Below the pieces are notes generated by a model, which saw only the letters and a list, made by a program, of their open reading frames with translations, did not search any database and was not told the DNA's origin. From Zygnema circumcarinatum SAG 698-1b (lineage: Eukaryota; Plantae; Zygnematophyceae): a stretch of DNA of 64,000 bases. The translations under genes and the position numbers were made by a program. The DNA lies in assembly GCA_037447605.1 (NCBI GenBank), contig CM074810.1:2080880-2144879 (forward strand), in the 5' to 3' direction. Positions 1 through 12,200 of this stretch are shown piece by piece (position 1 is the first letter of the stretch; each line of letters starts with the position of its first letter).

Positions 1-221
1 CCAACCCTGGACCGCCACCTGTCAGTGCGCTGCTCTCCTTGCTGGCACGCTTTCATATGCAGCATGGTTAGGTAGTTGGACGGAACAAATGAAGAGGATG
101 CTCCTGCAGAGAAGCGTAGCAGGGGGGCGTGTGGGAAGGCATGGGGCCATGCTGCGTGGGCATTCTGTGTTGTTGCATGGTCCATGGCCGACGGTCTGAT
201 CTCGGTAGTGCTCTCTCTCAG

Positions 222-1383
222 AGTGTGGCACGTGAGGAGGGAGAAGGTGCGGAGTCTCCGTCCGACGTGGACCTCCTCCGCGCGCCGCTGCCCGGACTGG
301 CCGGCATCTGCGCGGAGCTGCTGAGAGAGGAGGGGTGAGGGGGGGGTGGACTCTGTCATGGCGATGGCTTGCATCATGCGTTTGTCATCTCCTGTTGGAG
401 TTCTCGTATGACTGACTGATGTCTCTCGGCTTCTGCGGCATAGCAGAAAGTCTTCGCAAACTTTTTTCAGTTTCATGGAATGGAAAGTAACGGTTTTCTC
501 CATTTCTAGCTAATGGAGTCAGTATCCCAACTGTTTCCTTTGCTCCTCTCAGTTGGGCACTGTAACTGTGGATGAATTTTGTGAAGCACGGCAGTGTCCT
601 TCTATCTGAATGTGCGGGTTTGGATCACGTCAATGAAAGCAGCTCTTCGTTTTGAATTTCAGCTCTGAGTGCATACAGAGGCTGAGTGTGTCGGTTCTTG
701 TGAGGATTTTTGGGAGCAGGATTACGGGTGTGACACTTGGCAGGCAGGCAGTGGTGAAGCGAGTCGTTTCGCAGGACCTTGAACTCTGGCTATCGAATGT
801 AAGTCGCGAACTCCTCGGCACTGGTGATCATTCTCAGTATGACTCTGCACTTTTCCAGGGCACTTGTCTCCACCTCTCCCATGTTCACTCTCGCCTGCGG
901 TGCCATCGCCATAAGAGCAGTAGCATATGGGGGGGAATGCAGGCTCAGCTGGAGAGCGGGGTCTTCACTCTGTTGGCGCGGGCCGGCCGGCAGGTAATCG
1001 CAGTCCTCGGAAATTAGGGCAGCGGAGGGTTCGTCGTCATGGTGTCCCTATTGGGTCCTCACTGCTGTCTGCTGGGGAGTAGCAGACAGGAATAGAGTTC
1101 TATCAGTACAGTAACCGATACCCGATTCGACAATGGCTGTGTCTTCTTTGTCTGCGGAAATGCCCCCCCACCCCTCTTTTCCCGTCTTAGTGCTCCCAAA
1201 ATCATCTACTTGAAGCAGCAAAAGTAAGGGTGGACAAGTGAGGCTCTCGTTGGCTATTTAAGCTTTGCTCAATAGCTTTCGGGTTGCGGGAGGGTGCAGG
1301 TGCAGGAAGTGCAGGTCGCCGCAACGTTGGACCGCGAGGGGATGAAGACGGCCGTGCAGCGCGTCACGGGCAGAGTGCCGTAG
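222..1383 (+). CDS. 3' exons of an unidentified protein-coding gene that begins upstream of the window
   Basis: Four GT-AG-bounded segments (222-334, 720-798, 943-993, 1300-1383) join in frame: ...SVAREEGEGAESPSDVDLLRAPLPGLAGICAELLREEG|ITGVTLGRQAVVKRVVSQDLELWLSN|AQLESGVFTLLARAGRQ|VQEVQVAATLDREGMKTAVQRVTGRVP*. Family not recognised. Confidence 0.55.
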
Positions 1384-1910
1384 GACAAGGCTGAATGGGA
1401 CTTTGCCAGGGCACTAGTGAAAGAGCAGTCTAAGCGATGCAGGCACCCTGCGCAGATGGTTTTTGGGCAAGATCCTTAATATGCTTGGAGTGTGTTCTTT
1501 TGGGCCTTCCGACTCTTTTGTGTTTCACTCGCTCTCCGCTGACTCAAATGAACGCGAAAGATCGTCCAGCTTTATTTTCTCTCCCTACAACAAGCAATGA
1601 GCTGATTCCTCAAGGTCGCTCTAGCGGCGTTAAGGCGGCGGCAAAACCATGTCCGTGAGCAGCAGCTCACATGCATTTTCACTTCCGTGCAAGTTGGCGC
1701 ACACATTTCCTCTTATTCACGAGAGCAATCAAAAAATGACAAAAAGAAATTTCTCACTACGCTCTTTATTGCCATAAAGTGCTATTTACAATTGGTCCAG
1801 GTGTCAGTCCCCTACATTTAATCCTTATCAGCGTCATTCTAAGGTAAACTCTGGCACCCCCCCCCTCATCATGGACTACCGGCACGAGGCGAGATGGCTG
1901 CTAGGGGTTC

Positions 1911-4555
1911 TCACGCCTGAGTCTGAGGTTGAGGCTGAGACTGCAGCTGAGGTTGAGGCTGCGTCTGAGACTGAGACTGGAGCTGAGACTGAGGCTGAGG
2001 CTGAGTCTGCGGCTGCGTCTGCGGCAGAGCGGAGGCGGCGCCATCCGAGGGCGCATTGGCAGCGGGAGGAGGGGCGTGGCGTGCGTCCCGGCAGGCGGCC
2101 TCGAGGGTCTCCATGGCCTTGTCGAAGGAGAGGAAGCCCATGAACCAGAACTGGTGCTCGTCGCTGGTCACGAGCTGGATGTACTTTTCGCGCGCCTGGA
2201 ACTGGTTGTGCGTTCGGTTCACGGCAGCCAGGCGGATCAAGGGGACGTTCACCTGCCACGCGGCAGTCAGGATGGGTGGGCGGTCAGTGAGAGAGTGAGT
2301 GAGTGAGCGGCGCAGAACTCCCCTCTGCCCGAGCAGAAACCCAACAACGCCGTCCCACCCCACCGCCCGCCCCCGCCCCCCCCCCCCTTTCTTCCTGGCA
2401 CTCCATACGCCGCAGAATCGGGCTCTGCCTGCGGTGATATTCGCAAGCAAAGCACGCGTTTCTCTGCAATTCTGTCACAGCTTGTGAATGAAGAACCGGC
2501 TCGCAAGCCCAGATGAGATAAAGGTTGGAGCAAGTAGCCCCAATACGAGCCTGGGCGGCGAAAGGGTATTTAGAATCCACCCGGGAAACGTATGACGTCA
2601 AGGAGCTCGCCGGCCTAATCCAGCTTTTATGCAAGCAACCAAGGATGTCACACGACACAACCGTCTATGGTCTACTAATCACTTCGGCTAATAAGATACG
2701 TCTGAATCCCAATCGTCACAAAACAATAATGGCAATTTCGCAAATTGGTTCAGTCAAGCATCGAGCACAACAGGTCGATTCCCCCAGGCTAAAGAGTTCG
2801 CCCATCGGTCGCCTAAAAACCACATCCACTTTCGTATGACTGACAACGACCATGCTGTTGGACCGTCCCAAGAGCCAAGCGACTGGCATTCTTGCCAAAA
2901 ATGGTCCCGTTGTATGACCCATGCCGGACCTTCAAGCAGCGCAGTTTTCAGAGGAGGCGAACCAGTGACTTGTAAACGACGGAAAAACTCCTGAGACGTC
3001 CACGAATACCTCCCCATCGCACAAACCTATCTTCAACAAGGCAGCTCACACGCCAGACCGAGTTTACAAGCAAAGCGTTTTGAATCCGCTGACCTTATAG
3101 AAGCTGGAAGTGACCTGCCCTGGGCCGCTTGCAAACTGCAGAGGGCGATCGCTGATGAAGTTGACGGCGGCGCTGGAGACGAAGAGGGTCCCCGGGACGG
3201 CCCCGGTGGAGGTGGAGAGGTGGCAGACGAAGTAGTTGCGGAACATCTCCCCCGCCGGCGGAGCGAAGGTTTGCCGCCAAAAGGCCTCCGCGCTCTGCGG
3301 GGTCGACAGCCGCAGAGTGTTCAGCTTCCCCACCGCCGTCTGCGCCACGCTCGGACCCGTCGACACTGCCCGCCCAGGACCAGGACAAGGACCCGCTCCA
3401 AGACTCAGCCTCTCGTTCTGAAGCTAGGGCTGCTGCGACCATTTGGTGCCATTTGAACAGGAATGGCAGACAAGCAAATAGGTGATAAGCGCGACCTTGC
3501 AAACTTTTGGTTGTTTGTTTGATCATCTCTCTGGTTTGTCATACTGTTGAGTGTTGTTTTCATGGAGTTAGATGAGACAAAACGAGAAAATGGAGATGGA
3601 GAGAAAAGATGTAAGGCAGTGGCCAATGTGTATTAGCAACAGCTAGTCAAGCCATGACCTGAACGCCTGCCAGGCACCTTGCTTTTATGGCACTCATGGT
3701 GACATGCATTGAAGTACTCACAAGGGAGCCCAGGGACAATACACCCCCCATATATGTGCCCGGTTTTGTTCTGTTTCTTGTTATCATTGTTATTCGTTTT
3801 TTTGTTCTGTTACGTGTCTGCCTGTTTCCCCGGAAGTCACAAGACACAAGCAGCACAGGGCAGGCAGAGCGGGGACGCACAGTGCCCCCAGAGGCCGTCG
3901 AGGAAGCCCTCCGCCTGCTTGCCTGCGCGGTTCATGCGGTCCGTCAGCTGCCCCATCCTTCCTGCGCAGGTCAGCCGCCGCACAGCCGCCCAGAACGCAC
4001 GAATATGAGAGTAATTTCTTGGGTATTAATCTCACTAGCTACTGCCGCCGATTGGTCCGCTATAGCTGTGGTCATTCAGCCGTACACCCTGGCCTGCAGA
4101 GGCAGGAGCAAGGAAGGCCTTCACAAGGAGAGGAGAGGTAGAGACAGGAAAACGATAGAGAGAAAAATAGAAAGAAAGCCGAATTGCGCACCAGGGTTCT
4201 TTGCAGGGGTGGTCTGCACATATTGCTGGTCCCCTCCCTGTACTGCCGCCTGCGAGTTGCCGGGATGCGCTTCTGCAGGACCATGGCGAGCCAACAAGGC
4301 GCAAGAAACGGTGAGCCCATGCGCCGCCGCTCGCTATGCTAGGCTTGGACAAGCCAGCTCACTATCACACGTTACATCCACTTCGTGATTTTGAACGCTG
4401 CCCAGACCTAAACAGGCGAATAGAAGGGCACATAGACAGCAAGGGGCAGAGGGGGTGGGCGCACCTGGCGGAGAGGGCACGCCTGCGGCAGGGTCGGAGC
4501 CGCCCGGCTGCGAAGGCGGCGCGCTGGAGGGCAGGTTCGTGTAGGGCGACGCCAT
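1911..4555 (-). CDS. GEM-like: GRAM-domain protein, GEM/GER (GL2 expression modulator-like) family, 288 aa, 5 exons
   Basis: Exons 4555-4465, 4272-4192, 3961-3881, 3365-3094 and 2252-1911 total 867 nt with consistent phases. Motifs LWGHLSTGPSVAQTAVGKL, FVCHLSTSTGAVPGTLFVSSAAVNFISDRPL, FYKVNVPL and EKYIQLVTSDEHQFWFMGFLSFDKAMETL match the plant GEM-like GRAM signature. The tail is Q/P/T-rich. Confidence 0.92.
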
Positions 4556-4875
4556 GGCCGCGCGCAGTCAGTCCCCTCGCTCGCTCGCCGGCAGGGAGGG
4601 AGGGAGGGAGTGAGGGAGGCAGGCAGAGAGGGAGGGAGGGATGGAGGGAGGGAGGGAGGGAGGGAGGGAGNNNNNNNNNNCCCCCCCCCCCCCCGGGCCG
4701 CCACGCGGCGCCCTCCGGTGGCCCTCCCTCGCGCGGGCCGGCGCTGTGCGCCACGCGGCGCCACGAGACGTCTCCGGCGGGGGTAGAAGCTTCGGCGAGC
4801 CTGCCGCGCCGCGTCATGCGCCGGGCGGCGCAGCGGTACTCTGCGTCCGTACGGTCCTGCATGGCGCGGGCCTCT

Positions 4876-6304
4876 GCCACGTGGCCCGAGATGGCGGGCC
4901 CGGGGCAGCATGGGGCCCAATTCGCGCAGGTGCGGCTTTGGCTCGGACCGGTTCGGACCGGACCGGACAGATCGGAGGCGCCGACAAAGCGAGGCTCTCT
5001 CCATTGGGGGCTCGCCACGTGGCCATGCCGGGCCTGAGGCACGGTCCAGCCCTGCGGGAGCAGCGCCGACCGGGCCGGCACCGCTGACGTACGCAACACG
5101 TCAGGTGAAAGGTTGAAACTTTGCGTGCTTGGCGGAGGCGCAGCGCACAGCGTTCCCTCGCGGTAGACCGAAGGCGGGCGGCCGGGCGGCCGGGCGGGCG
5201 GCCGGGCGGGCGGCCGGGCGGCACTCACTCTGGATGAACGCATGCATACAAGCATGCAGGAGGGAGGGAGCGAGGGAGGGAGAGAGGGTTGGCTCCCAGG
5301 CTCCCAGGCGGTAGTAATAATGTCGTAGTAGTAGTGCAGGGATAGCAAGCACTGGCGGATCCAGGATGTTTGCTAACCCCCCCCTAACTTGTATATGTAG
5401 GTCCGCCACTGATAGCAAGGGACAGTGGCGATGGTGCAGGCAGGCTTGGGCTGCATGACCACAGCAGGAGTGTGATGTTCCCGGCCAGGCACCCGCCCTG
5501 CCCCACACAGTTGTCGACCGTACTGCTGCTGCGCCCGACCGTCCGCTGCGAGCCGCGCGCAGGCAGGTGGGGTGACGGGCTGTCCCCGTTGCAAGCTTGC
5601 TTGGTTCCAGAATGTGCTCACAGTCCGCCTCGTCAAGCGATTACCGCGTGCGATTGTTGCGTCTCAAGCATGTAGAGTTACCATATAAACACGTCTAATG
5701 TTGTCGTAGGACAGGCCCCATTGTCATTTTATTACACTTGGTTCTATTGGTTCTTGAAACCCGAGGGAGGTTGCTTAGACGTGGCGCGCGGCTCAAAGGA
5801 GCATCATTGCCTGCCTCCCTCGTCAACGTCGACGTCGACGTCAACGTCAACGTCAACGCCACATTTGCCCCTCGCGCCAAAAATTGATCATTGCTGCCCG
5901 CCCGCCCGGCCCTGCATCCCCCCCCCTATTCGTACTGTACCTTTATAGTACGAATGTCCGCTCCGTAACGGCATTCCGGCCAACCCCCTGAAAACCCTAA
6001 AATAAAGTCTGACCGGCAAAAAAAGGTGTGTATCTAGATAAAAAAAGGTGTGAAAAGTGCGCCCCCCGGCCCCGCCCCGCGCCGTGCCGCCAGCAGGGAG
6101 GCAGCGGGCCCCCCCGGCCCCGCCCCGCGCCGGCAGCGGGCCCTCCCGCCCGCTGCAATAAGAGCGCCCGTCCGCCGTTGACCGCGCCGCGCCGCCCAGT
6201 CAACGGTGGTCCGACCTGGCGGGCGTGCCACGAAGCTTTGGTCCTCCTTCCTCCGAGGACGCGCCGGCGGAAAGGTCGTGGATTGGACCGCGGATGCCAC
6301 GTGG
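4876..6304. promoter_or_regulatory. Cluster of G-box/ABRE elements in the divergent GEM-like/syntaxin intergenic region
   Basis: GCCACGTGGC at 4876-4885 and 5014-5023, ACGTGGC at 5779-5785, GCCACGTGG at 6296-6304, and a tandem ACGT/CGTCA hexamer array at 5821-5858. Function is inferred from motifs only. Confidence 0.5.
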
Positions 6305-6661
6305 TGCGCCGCGACTGGCCCCTTGGTCCGGCTTTGGTTCGAGTTACGGCTGAGGACGTCCTTTCCTGGGCGGCATCGTACGACAGTGTACGGTACTGTA
6401 CGACGCCGTGCGGTATCGTACTAAGGTGTACGAAATGTACGGCATGCGGCCCGGCGGGGCGGTACATAGTAACATAGCGCTTCCCGTCCCGTGCCAGGCC
6501 GCGCCCTCCGCTCCCTCCTTCCGCCCCTCCCCGCTTCCCTCTCCGCCCCGCCCCGCCCCGCCCCTCCCCTTTCTTTTCTTCCCGGGCGGCGTGTAAGGTT
6601 AGGGCTCCGCCACGCCACGCCCACCCGCCCGCCCGCCCGCCAGGGCAAAGCGGCTGCCGCC

Positions 6662-7591
6662 ATGAACGACCTCTTCACGCGCTCGTGGACGCCGTTCAAG
6701 CAGCTCCCCAAAGAGACGCCAGAAGAGCAGGATGTGGAGATGGCCATGAGCCACAGCCAGGTTTTCGCCACGGAGAACATGGGGGGCTTTCAGCAGAAGG
6801 TGCGGGCCATCGAGCAGGACCTGAAGAACGCGGCCCAGCTCCTTTCTCGCCTGGAGGCGACGCACGAGAAGGCGAAGTCACTGGTGAAGGCCGCGGAAGT
6901 GAAGAGCGCGCAGCAGAGCATGCAGGGCGACATGCGGCTGATGACCGGCGTGGCCGCGCAGACGAAGAAGAAGCTCGAGGAGCTGCAGAGGGAGAACGCA
7001 GAGAACCGCGCGGTGGCCGGGTGCGAGGTGGGGTCCGCGGTGGAGCGATCGCGCAGCAACATCACGCGCGGGCTGGCGGGGAGGCTGCGCGAGACGGTGC
7101 AGCGCGCGGCGGCGCTGAGGCAGCGCGTGGACGCGGACGAGCGCGAGGCGCTGCGGCGGCGTGTGTTCGCGGTGACGGGCGCGGAGCCCGCTGAGGAGGA
7201 CGTGGTGGCCATGGCGGCCGCGGGCGAGGGCGAGAGCGAGCGCGTGTTCGAGCTCGCGGTGCGCCGCCAGGGAGGGCGCGGGGCCGCGGAGGCCGCGCTC
7301 GCGGAGGTGAGGGAGCGGAGCGCGGGCGCGCAGGAGGTCGCGCGGAGCCTGCTCGAACTGCACGACCTCTTCCTGCAGATGGCCACGCTCGTAGAGGCGC
7401 AGGGCGAGGCCGTGGACGACATTCAGGCCAACGTCGAGGGCGCGCTCGCCTACCAGACGAAGGCCACCGCCCACCTCGGCACCGCGGTGGCCATTCAGCG
7501 GAACACCAGGAAGTGGAAACTCTACGGGGCACTCATCGTCCTCGTCATCATTGCGATCCTTGCCCTGGTCATTTGGCTGGCTGTCAAATAA
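6662..7591 (+). CDS. SYP1: Plasma-membrane-type Qa-SNARE syntaxin (SYP1 family), 309 aa, single exon
   Basis: Uninterrupted ORF from the ATG at 6662. It has an N-peptide MNDLFTRSW, Habc helices (DVEMA; ERSRSNITRGLAGRLRETVQ), a SNARE motif (VRERSAGAQEVARSLLELHDLFLQMATLVEAQGEAVDDIQANV), QRNTRKW and a C-terminal TM anchor. Confidence 0.95.
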   Translation: MNDLFTRSWTPFKQLPKETPEEQDVEMAMSHSQVFATENMGGFQQKVRAIEQDLKNAAQLLSRLEATHEKAKSLVKAAEVKSAQQSMQGDMRLMTGVAAQTKKKLEELQRENAENRAVAGCEVGSAVERSRSNITRGLAGRLRETVQRAAALRQRVDADEREALRRRVFAVTGAEPAEEDVVAMAAAGEGESERVFELAVRRQGGRGAAEAALAEVRERSAGAQEVARSLLELHDLFLQMATLVEAQGEAVDDIQANVEGALAYQTKATAHLGTAVAIQRNTRKWKLYGALIVLVIIAILALVIWLAVK

Positions 7592-9292
7592 CGAGCTGCT
7601 CAACGGTCATGTGCTCATCGCACGCACGAGTTTCGGGCTGGGATCGGTTGCACGGTTTAGAATTAATTTATTTAATATATGTTGGAAGTGTCATAGATAC
7701 CCCTTTTCTTTTTAGAAAAGTTTTGTGTGTCGCCAATCTGCAAGCCCTGCCAATAATTCTTGGCTGCGCCTGCTTCAACAGTGAACAGTGAACCCCCGTT
7801 CTTTGCGAACGCTACAATAGCCTAGCGTTTATGCTGGCCGATGGGCGCTGGAGAAACTGCAAAATTGGGTTTTTGTAAAATAACATAAGGCGGCAATTAT
7901 CTTTCTCTGTTTCACGTTGACAGTATCCCTTTTTAGAGGATGTTGGGAAGCAAGTTTTATTTCCTTGTGTGCTGACGATGTCCCTTTTAAACTGTTCCGC
8001 GAATGTTGCCCTAGTGTTTTTCCTAGGCAGAGCTTCGCTGCCCTTTGCGGTTAAGTTTGAGAAAACACGCAAGGTGTCCGCCTTCTACACAAGCGAACAA
8101 ACCGCAGACTGGCTGACTGAGTGGCTGACTGGCAAACGGAAGGCAGATGGAAAGCAGCTCTGGCAAACGGAGCCTCAATATCCTTTCCTTTCCTTGCCTG
8201 AAAGTGAGCGAGCGCTAACAAACACGGCCGTTGCTTGCACCGCGACGAGTGATACGTGAAGAGCTGCTGATGACATTATTGCGAACACATAGTGTGAGGA
8301 GGACTGTTATTAGACTCTTACGAAGAAGGCATTTGAATGACGGTACCCGACTGCACACTGGTGTGACGACGCTCAACACTCGCCGGCAACTGAGTAGAGC
8401 GCTGATTCACCCCCGCATGCTGACAGGCGGCAGTCAGTCCCCTCTCATTATCAGCCAAAGCCGGCACAATCCCAGCGAGAGGAGGGTGGTTGCAATGACA
8501 TTGCGCTTTCTATAACGGCAACATGAGGAAACGCAAACAAAAAACGCGGACGGTTCTCGGAAATGCTGAATCCAATGATTGGCTAAAAACGAGCCCTTTC
8601 TGTACACCGCTCATGACGAGCGAGCTCTACTCTTGGAACTCTACAAGTTGCTATCATTATTTTGCCAGAGATGGCCTGCACTCAAATTTGCCGAGCGTGG
8701 GACAACACCAAAGCTAAGCGCTATTCCCATTCTGATTCATGCCACGTGCCTACCCAAAAGCTTTTGTACTGCAAAGCCTCAATCTACATTCTCTCAAGCC
8801 TTTCCCGGTCCACTTCATTTTTACAAACGGCAAAAATTGTCCTACACCTTTTGTCAGGCATGCTAGCTGCAACCGCAGCTTTCGCTTTACCTGGAACGGT
8901 ACGACTTTCACTATATTCCCCAAAACGTGCAACATGAGCAGAAAAATAAATAAATCGAGGATGCCAACAATCAGACGTTGGCGGGCCCACTGAACTCTTT
9001 GATTGCCGCCGCGTACCGCTGCCTCCTGCACCACGCTTGAACGATCGGCGCGACCGAGTCCGCAAACAAAATGAAGTAGCTGCTCCAAACGAACACACAA
9101 GAACCAACCAGGTCAACACCTCGACAACAAGAGAGGCATCACATGACGTGAGAGAACTGAAACACAAGCCATAACCTTTGGCTTCCATATTCTTTAAATC
9201 TTTCTTTTACTCGCAAGGAGCCAGCAGCAGCCTGAGGTTGACTATGTTAGGCTTCTGAAACGACAGGAGGGAGGGGCAAAGGAGGCAGCCTA

Positions 9293-12200
9293 CTAGTACA
9301 AAAACTGCACCCCGAGCGCCGCAAACTGTAAGGCCAACAGCGCCGCGCCCAGCTTCTCCTTCTCCTCCTCCTTCTCGCGGAGGAGGAGGAGGAGGAGGGC
9401 GATGCACGAGCCCACGTCGCACGCTTCGACGAACACCTCCACCGCAAATGCCGCCGGCCGAATGAATGGCTGCAAGCCGACAGTTGGGACGGCTTAGATA
9501 TCGGTACAGACGGCAGTGATTCAATGACTATAAACTGAGGCAGATTTGTACAGGCCCACCTCATCCCCAACCCTTACTCCCTTACTCCTTCCCAATCATC
9601 CCTTCCTCCAAAACCTACCTTCCCAACATTTCGCCACTGACCGCTTCCGCCCAAATGTAGACATGGAACAGGCATAAGCGAGGAATATGGCAAGATAACC
9701 AGAAGGCAGCACATACAACAAACTCTGCCAGTACGTTTGCAACGTCTTTGCTGCGGACTGGTGGCTTGTACATACCCTCAGGGAGACGCACAAACAGAGA
9801 GTGGTTGCTCGTAACGAAAGAAGAAGCCCGACCTGCCAGAGTAGATGACTAGCCAGAGAGTTACTGGATGGCAAACACTTGAGTTCCAGTTTCAAAAGCA
9901 AAACCTCACACGGTTAGTCATGCCGCCGCGGCAGAGTTCGGTCAGTATAACGAGAGTGGTTCCTCATTGTCCCGGACAGCTTCCCAATCACACAATTCAG
10001 GATTTCTTTCCTTTCCTGCATGACCTGCACCAGCGAGCGAGCGAGCCTAAAACCCTAAAAACCTTGAAACCCCTAAAAACCCTACAAACTCTAAAAACCC
10101 TAGAAAGCCCCTTGCCGCACCTGTACGGCACTGTTCGCGGTCGGGTCGTACGCCGCGATGAGAGCGGCCGCCATCGCCCTCGCCAAGAGGCTCACGCTCA
10201 AGTAAAAGGCGCGCCACCCCCCCCGCCCTCCTGCAAGGACCTCCACCTTCGCCTCGCCATCGAGAACGCTCTCCTTCATTTCCTCCCCCCCTGCTTTCTC
10301 CTCCGCCAGGCCGAGAGTCCGCCATGCCTGCTGCTGGTCCAAGCCTGTCTCAGGCTCATCGTCCGCAGGGCCGATTTCGGTAGCTGCTCCTCTCTCACTC
10401 GGCTGCTCCTCCAGTAGCCCCAAAATCCTCCAATGCTCCGCCATGGCAGCAGAGCTTACAGGATACGGGGAGGCTACCGGTTTTGGAGATGGCTTCAGAC
10501 CCTCGTCCTCCTCCTCCAGTCCCAACAGCTTCCACTGCTCCGCCATGGAGCCACCGCTGCCGACCGGACCGCCGGCAGCAGGGTTCAGTTCGTCAGGGTT
10601 CAGACCCAGCAGCCTCAAGTGATCCGCCATGGACCCTGCTGCGGACGGAACGGAGATAACAAGCTTGGGCTTCTGCCGCATGCTTCGGTTCCGAGAGGAC
10701 GGAGCGGTCGGAGAGGAGGAAGCAGGAGGAGGAGGAGGTCGCAGGAGTTGGCCGCTTCTTGTGAGGAGGCCGGAATGGTCGCTGTCGGAGCACTCCATAT
10801 CCGAAGCGACTTCCTGTATGGTCTCCAAAATCGGCATCAGCGCCTTTAGGGACTTTAGGGCTAAGGGCGATTCCGCGGTCGAGGCAGGGCCGTCCGCAGT
10901 CTCCCGCGGTGAGCCCGAACCGCCACTAGATGCTGCGCTTGTCGTGCATCCTCCGTCGTCCGATGACGAGGGGGCAGCAGCAGCAAAAGGAGGGTGTGAG
11001 CGAAACATTCGGAATAGTCCTCCAAGTCCGAAGCTTTGGAGGGGCAAGCATGTGAAGAGGGCAGTTCTCCATGTGGTCCTCAATGCAGGGCTTTCGGGCG
11101 CCAAGGGATCGACTCCTCTGTAGTCTTCGAAAAGAACTCCGTACTTTGCAATCAAGTCCTTGCGCTGAAAGTTCCAGTAGGCTGTGTCCGCAGTTCTGCC
11201 AAATACAAATTTGCCCAAAAAGTCTTGCTTGCACTTTTCTTCCTCTACATAAATAGCCTTGTTATCGCCCTGCTCCAATTTGCGGTTCGGGGACACAGTC
11301 ACAATTTCATGCATTAGTGTAACGCAAGTAACAAGCGTATGCAGTATTCTTGAAAACGAAGAAACCCGATGCATTGACAAAGAAGGGGTGACCGAGAATG
11401 TAATGGGAAAGAAATCCCACAATAAGAAAAGATCCTGGAAATACTTTAAGAAGGAAAAACAAGAAAGAAAGTCGAAGAGATTTACCTGAAAGAGAAGCAT
11501 CCAAGTGAGAAAGACACAGAACGCGACAACACTGACAACACAGATGATGAGAGGAATAGCGATGGCCATGGCCGCTCCGCTGCCTGCAGCCAGCCACACA
11601 GGTCAGCAAATCTAAAACCTTTTAGACAGAAGCTAGACCTCGCAGGAAAACTGGAGATCAAAGAGGACAACAAGCCGGCCCCTTTGTCAAAAGATTCCGC
11701 TGTTCTCCCTCTGCAGCAGCATGGCGGGCAAAAAATGGGGCGGGGGGGAGGGCAAGCCCTGACTGCAGTGCTCGCCTGAACGGGCTATCAGTGCCTACAG
11801 TAAGCGCTAGCGCAAGATTCTGTCCCACATCTCATAGTGCTTAGTGCATAGTTTGCTTCAAAGAGAATTCTTAAATGGGAATGAATTCGTATGCCAAATG
11901 GTCATAGCATTTGCCTATCGGAGGCCGATGGATACTGTGGAAACCACGTGCCAGAGCTGCTTTTGGTAACTCTAACGAAAGTTGCTTACCACTACGTAGG
12001 AGTCGTACGGAAAGAAATATCAAAATTGGCACTGTGATGTAGGCAAACATGATTTGCAGTCGGGGGAATGCGAGAACGGTGGGGGCCTCCATTTGGGAAC
12101 GTCTGAGGACAAGGTGGAGGAGGCACTGGAGGAGACAGAGAATGACGAAACCGAGAGCGAAATAGAACAGGCATTGAATAGCCAGAATAAGGCTGCCATC

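Noticed and set aside
2525-2839. 104-aa + strand ORF inside GEM-like intron 4
   Set aside because: No recognisable domain or splice context; possibly a decayed TE but unsupported.
7800-9200. Short ORFs between the syntaxin and the giant gene, and a CTGATGA at about 8268 checked as a hammerhead or C/D-box core
   Set aside because: No coherent exon chain, and no stem II-GAAA or terminal stem; likely 3' UTRs or intergenic DNA.
10100-11599. 499-aa ORF as a standalone gene
   Set aside because: It reads through an in-frame intron (11485-11270) and corresponds to two exons of the giant gene.
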